A stretch of 64,000 bases of DNA. Origin: Balanoglossus misakiensis. Its lineage: Eukaryota; Animalia; Hemichordata. Where the stretch lies: contig CM082584.2 in assembly GCA_040954595.2 (NCBI GenBank), positions 5,646,110 through 5,710,109 of the forward strand. The letters run 5' to 3'. Below are positions 40,393-51,100 of this stretch, piece after piece. The first letter of the stretch is position 1. Each line of letters starts with the position of its first letter. The notes under the pieces are model-generated. The model saw only the letters and a list, made by a program, of their open reading frames with translations, was not told the DNA's origin and searched no databases. A program made the translations under genes and the position numbers.

Positions 40393-40830
40393 ACGTGAAA
40401 GTGAATGACGTCTTTGTAACTACGTCCGCACTGCTAGTTATTGAGCCCGGCGGACCGGCTCAGACGTTGGCTGTGAATGTTAATCTTCAGAACGTTGGTC
40501 CAGAGGTCATCCCCGCCAATCCGGGTAACTTCAACTTTGACGTCACGGCTGCCTTTGCGGAGAGCGGCCAGGCTTTGAACCCGGTGCCCACTGTCAATCC
40601 ACCCAACGTCACACTGGATGCACGTGACATCGAGTTGGGCGTTGAAGACCCCAAAATTATGACACTTGAAGTGTCCTTTGTGTTTCCAACTTCGGGATGT
40701 TCACTCTACAGTCACATCTGTATTCTGATCGAAAACAAGACGTTTGCCGACCTAAATTTGGATGACAATCACGGGTGCGTTATATTCGACGACAACATGT
40801 TTAGAGCTGGCGTGGTGGATTGTCCGCCAG
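40393..40830 (+). CDS. Membrane protein B, domain 1 exon
   Basis: cttAG|AC...G|GTaagg. Encodes DVKVNDVFV...VNVNLQNVGPE...CSLYSHICILI...DLNLDDNHGCVIF...AGVVDC, with the same Cys pattern as gene A. Confidence 0.8.
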
Positions 40831-41015
40831 GTAAGGTTATTTCGAACCATCTCCAACAATGTTTGCACAATAAACAAAATTGATTGGTTTTTGATTAGCC
40901 TGGGGATATTACATTTTTGTTACCGCCCGACAGGTCGATCTTTTGGGTCACTTTTTCGATATACGCAAACCTTCTGAATAGTGGGTCTTTCTCATTTTTT
41001 TCACTTCCTATCCAG

Positions 41016-41375
41016 CTGTTAAACCAATTTTCCTCAACGTGACGTCACCATACAACCACACCCACAAAGACGGCGAGTCCACGGATGTGACATTTGATGT
41101 ACATCTCGTCAACAGTGGGGGCGCTGTTATTGGCGGCACCAACGGAAACTACAGCTATAACATCAGCCATGTTGAAATTAACAGCACTTACAGCAGCCAT
41201 GGTCATGACAATAGTGTCGCAAGATTATTCGAAGTAAATGCTACCATGGCAACGAATCTTAATACGACATTAAATTACTGGGAGAGCGTTCGTGTCAATG
41301 ATTTGATAACAACAATATCACTTCCCAGCAATTACTGTGCCCTCTATGACTGTCTCTGCGTTGTTGCAGTTTTAG
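41016..41375 (+). CDS. Membrane protein B, domain 2 (first part)
   Basis: tccAG|CT...G|GTgag. Encodes ...VTFDVHLVNSGG...ISLPSNYCALYDCLCVVAVL, with many N-x-S/T sequons. Confidence 0.8.
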
Positions 41376-41427
41376 GTGAGCCAACATTTAATATTGCGTA
41401 CATACTCTGATCAGCAGAAATCAGGTA

Positions 41428-41430
41428 TAC

Positions 41431-41461
<31 letters not shown>

Positions 41462-41532
41462 CATAGATAGATAGATAGATACATAGATAGATAGATAGAT
41501 ACATAGATAGATAGATACATACATACATACAT

Positions 41533-41563
<31 letters not shown>

Positions 41564-41564
41564 T
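41428..41564. repeat. (GATA)n/(CATA)n/(GACA)n compound microsatellite, intronic
   Basis: Directly visible. Confidence 0.97.
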
Positions 41565-41619
41565 AGTGTCTATTTATTGATGAACACTGTTTTATCAATA
41601 ACCATTTCTTTCGTTTTAG

Positions 41620-41724
41620 TTTCCAGTGATAATTCCCAAATCGCAAACCATCAGCCAAATAAGTTTTGCGTGAACTTTGGAAGCGAACTTGTGGGATTCA
41701 TCGAATGTAGTACGCCGTCTACCG
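41620..41724 (+). CDS. Membrane protein B, end of domain 2
   Basis: ttttAG|TT...G|GTagg. Encodes SSDNSQIANHQPNKFCVNFGSELVGFIECSTPST. Confidence 0.75.
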
Positions 41725-42078
41725 GTAGGTTTGAAAATGACAGATCGAGGCTGTCGTAGGAATTTGTTTTCCTCAGACAGCGTTTTATGAGACTTGCTAA
41801 GAGTAGCAGTGTTTAGGGACCGGTCATTTCATCAGATTTGGAGTGCTGGTGTTTTGGGAGGGAGGGCATTTTGGTAGAGAGCACGTTAGGGGGAGGGGGT
41901 CGATTTTACTCTCGACACCAAAACAGGAGTCACTCCGAGAAACATAAACTTAAACCTGTCGCCCCTTTTACAATTTTATCTCCGACTCAAACAGTTCAAA
42001 TTTAAAACGACCAGTCCAGTTTTCTAAACAATTATCGAACAAAATACGTAAACTTTTGTCCTTTTTTTTCTTCCTCAG

Positions 42079-42233
42079 AGGAACCAGATACTGTCGGTGA
42101 TGATGGATGGATTGTGATAGTTTCAGTCTGCAGTGCTTTGCTGGGAGTTATTTTATTTACAGCTCTCTTTGTGATTGTGTGCAAGCGATGTAAAAGATGC
42201 TGTAAGTCCAAAGTGAAGTCGTGCGAACTGTGA
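42079..42233 (+). CDS. Membrane protein B, TM and Cys/Lys-rich tail exon (missed by ORF track)
   Basis: cctcAG|AG. Encodes EPDTVGDDGWIVIVSVCSALLGVILFTALFVIVCKRCKRCCKSKVKSCEL*. AATAAA at about 42663. Spliced product about 379 aa. Confidence 0.8.
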
Positions 42234-42944
42234 GTCTGTTTCAGGCGGCGTGTCTATATATGCTGACGCTTGGTGGCGCTACAACGATGATGCTGTTATT
42301 CAATTTCAATTGAATGTCGACATCATGAAGGAATGGATGTGTGTGACATCATTCCTTATAAGTAAGGCTTTGACTTGGATAAGTGACGCCATGTGTGAGT
42401 TCGCAATTAAATTTTGGTAACCGTGCCCAGGTGTACAGGGAATTGCCGTATCTGCTGCTCATATGACTGAAAACTTTCCAGATGTACTACGTATACTTTT
42501 TTTCAATTTATACGCATTAGCTTTTGTTCATTCAAGCAATTTGTTTGACATCGTTTTAAAGATGCGTGGTTTTCAGTCCTGATGACATGATATCGTTGGC
42601 GAAGCCACATAACGCTTACCACTGACGTCATTGTGTACGCGTTTTTTGCTGCAGATTTTTGGAATAAATACATTGTGTAACTGTAAGATAATTGTGGTAT
42701 GTTTTAGTTTTTGGGTATTTTAGCATCGTTGGATCGAACTCCGTTCAGTCACGATGGCGGGCGGTAGCATGATTTTAATTTAACACAAGTCAAAATAACA
42801 TTCTGGCAGAAAAGGGCGTTCTTGATTCGTTCGATCGAATGACCACGTGGTGGTGCAATTTTATTTTACATGTCCTGAGAATCTGTGATTGGCTAGATTT
42901 GAATTTTCCATGGTAACAGTGGTAGAATTTGTATAGGTGACCGT

Positions 42945-43096
42945 TAGACTCTCTCACAACCCCTCTCGCCGTCCGTGCAGGCTTATGGTCTGATTGCATG
43001 TGTCAACACCAAACGGTGGTTCTCCCTTGCCAAATGGTTGAGGGCGCGTCAGTGAAGAACCTTGTTGTAGCGAACCGTGGGCTGTGAGAGAGTCTA
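42945..43096. mobile_element. Same MITE family, third copy
   Basis: tagactctctcacaaccc...gggctgtgagagagtcta. Flanks aggtgaccgt/agatgaccgt (10 bp, 1 mismatch). Confidence 0.88.
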
Positions 43097-44375
43097 AGAT
43101 GACCGTCTACCACTATAGACCCTCTTTCTCACAGTTGGCGATGCCCGTATTGCCAGTAGCCTATTTGTTACCTTCTGCCTCGCCCTTGAACGCACCGCGT
43201 TCGTTTTCAATATTCCTAAATACCTCAATACGCTGAAAAAATGCACCAGAACAGTTCGAAAAGACGGCGACCGCGTGTATGTACATGTATCGGTTGGCTG
43301 AATGGAATATAGGCCAAGCCTGGCCAGTTGACTTCAGTGGCACCAACGCCCGCATCAAGCAAATCGTGTTTATCGGTAACCTAGTTCATTTCATCACGGT
43401 CAAGGACGCGTGTATCATCATTGAGGTAAATGGGCTGGTCTATAACTTACAAGATCCGAAAACAGGTCACAAAGTACACTTGCCCGGTTATGAACAATGA
43501 ACCCAGGGTACTCCCACAGAAAAGTTAAAAGGGTATAGGCCGCGCGACTGGGGTCCAATGGTCAAGCAAGATGTACTCGGAAAGGGCGGAATTTTTGGTA
43601 CTGATTTTCAGATTCACGTGAAGTCGGATGCGATGCTTTAATAATTAATTCCGAAATGTTGGTTTATGACCCGGTAGTTGTCAGTTGGACGGGCTTCACA
43701 CCCCTGCACATTTTTACATAACCCCACTCGGGGCACTGGACGCAAGTTGAATACCGGTAGCCTCAGTTCGAGCTGCCCTCTTTCCCTGCAAAGCTGCCAA
43801 CGTGCACGTTGAGAATCATTTCTTTGACAGTGTTGATCACGTCTGTTGTAATTGATCCCATCAAGGCACTAGAAGGTGAGTACGTGTATTTAAACTCCTG
43901 TCTAGGCCACACGATTTTTAACATGGGGGGGGGGGTGCCTATACACAACGATTGAGTGGTGCAGGCCCCACTACAGTCGAACACCCCTTTTATATTAAAA
44001 TGATCTTCTAAAAAAACTTTGTTTCGGCCTAATGCGGTTGATATCAGCCTAATGTTCACAATGGTGTACCATGGTCCTCTTTTTACAAAGTACACGTGTA
44101 CTTAATTATTCATTCGTCCGCACCTGGGATGCAATATTACCGAATTCAGCCAAACCATTGGTTCGTAAAAGCGCTATTCTATTGGCTGTGCATATATTTA
44201 ACATGGTGACATTGCACATTCGATCGATGAACGGTATGGCGCAAGAGGTGTACTCGGTTTTCCCGGATTTCTACGGAGAAGAATTGCTTGAAGCGCCAGA
44301 AGAAGCAGAGTATTAGAACGAGCTTGGCTCCGAAAACAGGCATGTAACAGTCAGCCACATATTCTAAGTACGAGT

Positions 44376-44617
44376 TAGACTTGCGCCAAGTCTATGGGCT
44401 TCATTATGTGTACGGAACGCGTAGGCCCATATCGTCGACGCTACCCGAAACCACAAGCTCAGTCCCAAATTCGAAACTCACCTTACTACCAAAAACACGC
44501 TCAAGGCAAGCATGCACGCAAAATGTATTGAAATGATTTATTAAGACAAAAAAACCCACCGAAAACACATTAAGTATTGAGATTTAAAAATCACCAAGCG
44601 ACTAGTGGGCTAGTCTA
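44376..44617. mobile_element. Second MITE family with TAGACT termini and 9-bp TSD
   Basis: agtacgagt|TAGACTtgc ... gctAGTCTA|agtacgagt. The interior is unrelated to the first family. Confidence 0.75.
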
Positions 44618-45091
44618 AGTACGAGTGTACACTGTACGTTAAATTACTTCTGGATCTTCAAAGACATTCCCAGAGGGCAGTCCACCGTATAAGTGAGCCA
44701 ATGTCGGATTGCTGCTGCGTACAAGGCGTTGCCCAAAATCGCATCCCGAGAAACGCGGCGCAATATGTAGACTCTGCTTATTACTTTCATTGTATGAGCC
44801 ATGGTCTGTAACAATATCCCTATTCAGTCGTCTATCAACAAGTATAGAAACCATGCGCAAAGACGAATTGGTGTACTGGCTGATGGGAAAGTTTGTGCTA
44901 GGCGAGGAAAACTTAAGTCGAGGGAAATCCCTGCCGGGGAGGGGTTGGCTTTTTACGGACTCTGCCATCGAAAAGCAAAACAGCCCCCCCCCCCTTTCTG
45001 GAAAAGATCCGCGTGTTCCCAGGCCCTCGTCAGCACACTTAACACAAAAACTCAAATTCCAAATCAACAGCTCGTTTGATTGTTTCTTCAG

Positions 45092-45775
45092 ATGTCGGCA
45101 TCGGCGACCAAACCTGAGATTATCTATCAAGTATTAGAAGAGCAACATGTCGAAGAGGCTGCTCATATTTTGGCGGCGGCTTTCGTCACTGGCGAAGCTT
45201 TATCTCAAGTGATGAAACAACCCTATGCCGCGGATCTTCCTCACAGCCATATGTGCTGTCGAATGTCTGTCCAAGATGGCGTGTCCGTCGTTGCCATGGA
45301 CAAGAAGCTGAACAAAATCGTTGGAGCTGTCACTGGCGACATCGTCGATGGACAAGACACAAAAACATTCCTCGATGACTTCGATCTGTTTCCAGAAGAA
45401 ATAAAACCCTACTACATAACCGCTGCGCCCTTGCTTGGGAATCTTGAAAAAATCTTCTTTGAGAGTCCCGAACTCCGAAACAACCCCGACTGCAGAGTTT
45501 TAAAGAGTTTCAAAATAGGCACCCACACCGATTATGCAGGTCTCGGGATTGGCACAAAAATGGCCGAGATGCGCCGAATGTTAGCCGAACAGAAAGGGGT
45601 GAAATTTATCGTCGTTGTTGCCACAGGTATAGCAAGTCAGAAATTGTACACCAGACTTGGTTATAAATTGATGGGAGAAATGTTCTACAAGGATTACGTG
45701 TATAACAATGAAAAGCCATTTGCTGGAATTACCAACTGCCCATCTGCACAGCTTTTGGTGCATCAGTTGTATTAG
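45092..45775 (+). CDS. GNAT-family N-acetyltransferase, arylalkylamine/dopamine NAT-like (copy 1)
   Basis: 227-aa uninterrupted ORF after ttcAG|ATG. F...E.L, SVVAMD...IVG, acetyl-CoA motif A DYAGLGIG and ATG..SQKLY.RLGY are typical of insect-type AANAT-like GNATs. Confidence 0.85.
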   Translation: MSASATKPEIIYQVLEEQHVEEAAHILAAAFVTGEALSQVMKQPYAADLPHSHMCCRMSVQDGVSVVAMDKKLNKIVGAVTGDIVDGQDTKTFLDDFDLFPEEIKPYYITAAPLLGNLEKIFFESPELRNNPDCRVLKSFKIGTHTDYAGLGIGTKMAEMRRMLAEQKGVKFIVVVATGIASQKLYTRLGYKLMGEMFYKDYVYNNEKPFAGITNCPSAQLLVHQLY

Positions 45776-46877
45776 TCTTTCAAATGATTCAGTAGTCCAA
45801 TTTCACGTTCGAATAGTTTGTGTTAACATTGTTTGGCCTTTATTTTATTTTCAAATTAATATTGTGCATACGACTGTAGTTTAGACCGACTACATGCACA
45901 CATACAGGCTGTGCTGATAAGGTGGATAGAATACCTGAAACTGTTTCGAAGTAAGGGTTTCACATGTGTTTGATCACGGAGAAGAGGGAGGGCCAATAAT
46001 TTTGTGAACGTAATCAGGGAAGAGTTAGTATTTTTCAATCGTCCAATTTTCGCAAAACACCCCCTCTGTTAATTATGCCAAGACCCTTGCTTCTTGCCCC
46101 CAGATATAGGGTCACCATGTCAATGGGTTACCATGTCAATGGTCAGGTTATGGACAGAGGTGAACCTGTTCAAGGACGTATCAGCATTGAGGTATGCGGG
46201 CAGATCTATCACTTATTTACTAGTATAAGATCCGAAAACAGATCAAAACGATACCAGAGCAAGACACTTTTAAGATTTTGACGTCATATGTTCGAGTTTT
46301 TGTCAGTCCTGAACTATTCTTTTAGTGTGATTTTTGGCTGGTCAGTATTGATAGGCCTACGCCCCGGTGGCGAGGTCCTATTTTAGATATCAGACACGTT
46401 ATCTGGGTGTCGAAGTCCTATAAAAAGTACTTGAGTTGAAACAAGTTTCCAATTTATCATGAGCATACGACACATTATAGGTGTGGAAACACAGTTTGTG
46501 TGTGTGTGTGGGGGGGGGGGGGTGAGGCTCTGCTGGTGTCCCCTGCCAAGAGCTAACAATTTTCGCGACAATATCACACCAACACAGTGATAAGGGGCGG
46601 GTCAGTTTTTCCGACCGGGGGGGGGGGGGGCCCTCATGCGGATTCGCTTTGATGTAGGCCTATGCCACTTTTAGTATTATTATAGTATTGATCATTTTCT
46701 TGACGTGCGTGTGTATTTTGTAATGAAAGTAGTATATTCACTTTGTGCCATGGATTACTTTATTTGAAAACTGGGTCTTCTCTTTGCATTTAGGCCTGAG
46801 GCCTTGAAACGCCATAAATTACTTAGGCCTACTAACTAGAAGTTCCAAATCAACAACTCGTTCGATTGTTTCTACAG

Positions 46878-47561
46878 ATGTCGGCACAGGAGACCAAACC
46901 TGAGATTACATATCAAGTATTTGAAGAGCAACATGTCGAAGAGGCTGCTCATATTTTGACGACGGCTTTCGTCACTAGGGAGATTTTATCTCATGAGATG
47001 AAACAACCCTATGCTGCAGAATTTGCTCACAGTCATACGCGCTGCCGTATGTCTGTCCAAGATGGCGTGTCCGTCGTTGCCATGGACAAGAAGCTGAACA
47101 AAATTGTTGGAGCTGCCACTGGCGGCATCGTCGATGGACGAGACACAAAAACATTCCTCGATGACTTCGATTTGTTTCCAGAAGAAACAAAACCCTACTA
47201 CATAACCGCTGCGCCCTTGCTTGGGAATCTTGAAAAAATCTTCTTTGAGAGTCCCGAACTCCGAAAAGACCCCGACTGCAAAGTTTTAAATTGTTTCCAG
47301 ATAGGCACCCACACAGATTACGAACGTATGGGGATTGGCACAAAAATGGCCGAGATGCACCGTATGTTAGCCGAACAGAAAGGGGTGAAATTTATCGTCG
47401 TTGTTGCCACAGGTACGGCAAGTCAGAAATTGTACATTAGACTAGGTTATAAATTAATGGGCGAAGTTTTCTACAAGGATTACGTGTATAACAATGAAAA
47501 GCCATTTGTTGGCGTTACAAATTGCCCATCTGTACAGCTTTTGGTTCATCAGTTGTATTAG
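46878..47561 (+). CDS. GNAT-family N-acetyltransferase, AANAT-like (copy 2)
   Basis: 227-aa ORF after tacAG|ATG, colinear with copy 1. About 35 aa differences by manual count. Confidence 0.85.
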   Translation: MSAQETKPEITYQVFEEQHVEEAAHILTTAFVTREILSHEMKQPYAAEFAHSHTRCRMSVQDGVSVVAMDKKLNKIVGAATGGIVDGRDTKTFLDDFDLFPEETKPYYITAAPLLGNLEKIFFESPELRKDPDCKVLNCFQIGTHTDYERMGIGTKMAEMHRMLAEQKGVKFIVVVATGTASQKLYIRLGYKLMGEVFYKDYVYNNEKPFVGVTNCPSVQLLVHQLY

Positions 47562-47671
47562 TCTTTCAAATAATTTGTGTTAATCTAGACTTTAGGAATT
47601 ATCACTGGAAACTAAAATGAAAGAAATGGTTATTGATAGAAGTGTTCATCAAGAAACTATGTATAAACACT

Positions 47672-48108
47672 ATGTCTGTCTGTTTGTATGTATGTGTGTG
47701 TGTGTGTGTATGTTTGTGTGTGTGTATGTATGTATGTATGTATGTATGTATGTATGTATGTATGTATGTATGTATGTATGTATGTATGTATGTATGTATG
47801 TATGTATGTATGTATGTATGTATGTATGTATGTATGTATGTATGTATGTATATGTGTGTGTGTTTGTTTGTATGTATGTATGTATGTATGTATGTATGTA
47901 TGTATGTATGTATGTATGTATGTATGTATGTATGTATGTATGTATGTATGTATGTATGTATGTATGTATGTATGTATGTATGTATGTATGTATGTATGTA
48001 TGTATGTATGTATGTATGTACATGTATGTACATGTATGTGTGTGTATGTGTGTGAGTGTGTGTGTGACGTGTGTGTGTGTGCTTGAATGGATGTATGGAT
48101 GAATGTAT
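47672..48108. repeat. (TATG)n/(TG)n compound microsatellite
   Basis: Directly visible. Explains the HTYI/MYVC pseudo-ORFs. Confidence 0.99.
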
Positions 48109-48110
48109 AC

Positions 48111-51100
48111 GAAATTTTGAAACTTCGCAAAGTCGAAAAATTGTCATTTTTTGATGATTTTCATGAGCTATAACCCATGATTTTTATCAAAAAATGAATA
48201 AATTTTGATGTTTCGGAAAGTCTAAAAATTGTCATTTTTGGATGATTTTCATGAGCTATAACCCATGATTTTTTTGAAAAAATGAAGAAATGTTGATGTT
48301 TCGGAAAATCGAAAAATTGTCATTTTTTGACGATTTTCATGAGCTATAACCCATGATTTTTATCAAAAAATGAAGAAATTTTGATGTTTCGGAAAGTCGA
48401 AATATTGTCATTTTTTGATGATTTTCATGAGCTATAACCCATGATTTTTTTGAAAAAATGAAGAAATTTTGATGTTTCGGAAAGTCGAAAAATTGTCATG
48501 TTTTGATGATTTTCATGAGCTATAACCCATGATTTTTATCAAAAAATGAAGAAATTTTGATGTTTCGGAAAATCGAAAATTGTCATTTTTGATGATTTTC
48601 ATGAGCTATAACCCATGATTTTTATCAAAAAATGAAGAAATTTTGATGTTTCGGAAAGTCGAAAAATTGTCATTTTTTGATGATTTTCATGAGCTATAAC
48701 CCATGATTCTTATCAAAACTGAAGAAATTTTGATGTTTCGGAAAGTCGAAAAATTGTCATTTTTTGGCGATTTTCATGAGCTATAACCCATGATTTTTAT
48801 CAAAAAATGAAGAAATTTTGATGTTTCGGAAAGTCGAAAAATTGTCATTTTTTGATGATTTTCATGAGCTATAACCCATGATTTTTATCAAAAAATGAAG
48901 AAATTTTGATGTTTCGGAAAGTCAAAAAATTGTCATTTTTTGGCGATTTTCATGAGCTATAACCCATGATTTTTATCAAAAAATGAAGAAATTTTGATGT
49001 TTCAGAAAGTCGAAAAACTGTCATTTTTTGACGATTTTCATGAGCTATAACCCATGATTTTTATCAAAAAATGAAGAAATTTTGATGTTTCGGAAAGTCA
49101 AAAAATTGTCATTTTTTGGCGATTTTCATGTGCTATAACCCATGATTTTTATCAAAAAATGAAGAAATTTTCATGTTTCGGAAAGTCGAAAAATTGTCAT
49201 TTTTTGGCGATTTTCATGTGCTATAACCCATGATTTTTATCAAAAAATGAAGAAATTTTGATGTTTCGGAAAGTCGAAAAATTGTCATTTTTTGATGATT
49301 TTCATGAGCTATAACCCATGATTCTTATCAAAACTGAAGAAATTTTGATGTTTCGGAAAGTCGAAAAATTGTCATTTTTTGACGATTTTCATGAGCTATA
49401 ACCCATGATTTTTATCAAAAAATGAAGAAATTTTGATGTTTCGGAAAGTCGAAAAATTGTCATTTTTTGACGATTTTCATGAGCTATAACCCATGATTTT
49501 TATCAAAAAATGAAGAAATTTTGATGTTTCGGAAAGTCGAAAAATTGTCATTTTTTGATGATTTTCATGAGCTATAACCCATGATTTTTATCAAAAAATG
49601 AAGAAATTTTGATGTTTCGGAAAGTCAAAAAATTGTCATTTTTTGGCGATTTTCATGAGCTATAACCCATGATTTTTATCAAAAAATGAAGAAATTTTGA
49701 TGTTTCAGAAAGTCGAAAAATTGTCATTTTTTGACGATATTCATGAGCTATAACCCATGATTTTTATCAAAAAATGAAGAAATTTTGATGTTTCGGAAAG
49801 TTAAAAAATTGTCATTTTTTGGCGATTTTCATGTGCTATAACCCATGATTTTTATCAAAAAATGAAGAAATTTTGATGTTTCAGAAGTCGAAAAATTGTC
49901 ATTTTTTGGCGATTTTCATGTGCTATAACCCATGATTTTTATCAAAAAATGAAGAAATTTTGATGTTTCGGAAAGTCGAAAAATAGTCATTTTTTGGCGA
50001 TTTTCATGAGCTATAACCCATGATTTTTATCAAAAAATGAAGAAATTTTGATGTTTCGGAAAGTCGAAAAATTGTCAATTTTTGATGATTTTCATGAGCT
50101 ATAACCCATGATTTTTTTGAAAAAATGAAGAAATTTTGATGTTTCGGAAAGTCGAAAAATTGTCATTTTTTGATGATTTTCATGAGCTATAACCCATGAT
50201 TTTTATCAAAAAATGAAGAAATTTTGATGTTTCGGAAAGTCGAAAAATTGTCATTTTTTGATGATTTTCATGAGCTATAACTCATGATTTTTATCAAAAA
50301 ATGAAGAAATTTTGATGTTTCGGAAAGTCGAAAAATTGTCATTTTTTGATGATTTTCATGAGCTATAACCCATGATTCTTATCAAAACTGAAGAAATTTT
50401 GATGTTTCGGAAAGTCGAAAAATTGTCATTTTTTGATGATTTTCATGAGCTATAACCCATGATTTTTTTGAAAAAATGAAGAAATTTTGATGTTTCGGAA
50501 AGTCGAAAAATTGTCATTTTTTGATGATTTTCATGAGCTATAACCCATGATTTTTATCAAAAAATGAAGAAATTTTGATGTTTCGGAAAGTCGAAAATTT
50601 TCATTTTTGATGATTTTCATGAGCTATAACCCATGATTTTTATCAAAAAATGAAGAAATTTTGATGTTTCGGAAAGTCGAAAAATTGTCATTTTTTGACG
50701 ATTTTCATGAGCTATAACCCATGATTTTTATCAAAAATGAAGAAATTTTGATGTTTCGGAAAGTCGAAAAATTGTCATTTTTTGACGATTTTCATGAGCT
50801 ATAACCCATGATTTTTATCAAAAAATGAAGAAATTTTGATGTTTCGGAAAGTCGAAAAATTGTCATTTTTTGACGATTTTCATGAGCTATAACCCATGAT
50901 TTTTATCAAAAAATGAAGAACTTTTGATGTTTTGGAAAGTTGAAAAATTGTCATTTTTTGGCGATTTTCATGAGCTATAACCCATGATTTTTATCAAAAA
51001 ATGAAGAAATTTTGATGTTTCGGAAAGTCTAAAAATTGTCATTTTTGACGATTTTCATGAGCTATAACTCATGATTTTTATCAAAAAATGAAGAAATTTT

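Noticed and set aside
41344-41658. 104-aa minus-strand ORF
   Set aside because: Translation of the GATA/GACA microsatellite.
43279-44316. Short ORFs (73 and 81 aa) between gene B and the GNATs
   Set aside because: No family motif or convincing splice signals, and they lie among repeats.
44639-45137. ORFs of 142-163 aa upstream of GNAT copy 1
   Set aside because: No recognisable motifs, non-ATG or poorly supported starts, and overlap with the acceptor region. Likely intron or repeat sequence.
47602-48147. Long ORFs of HTYI/MYVC repeats
   Set aside because: Translations of the (TATG)n microsatellite, which lacks stop codons.
48300-48320. CENP-B box in the satellite (TTCGGAAAGTCG)
   Set aside because: Spacing is one base short of TTCG-N4-A-N2-CGGG and the CGGG end is absent.
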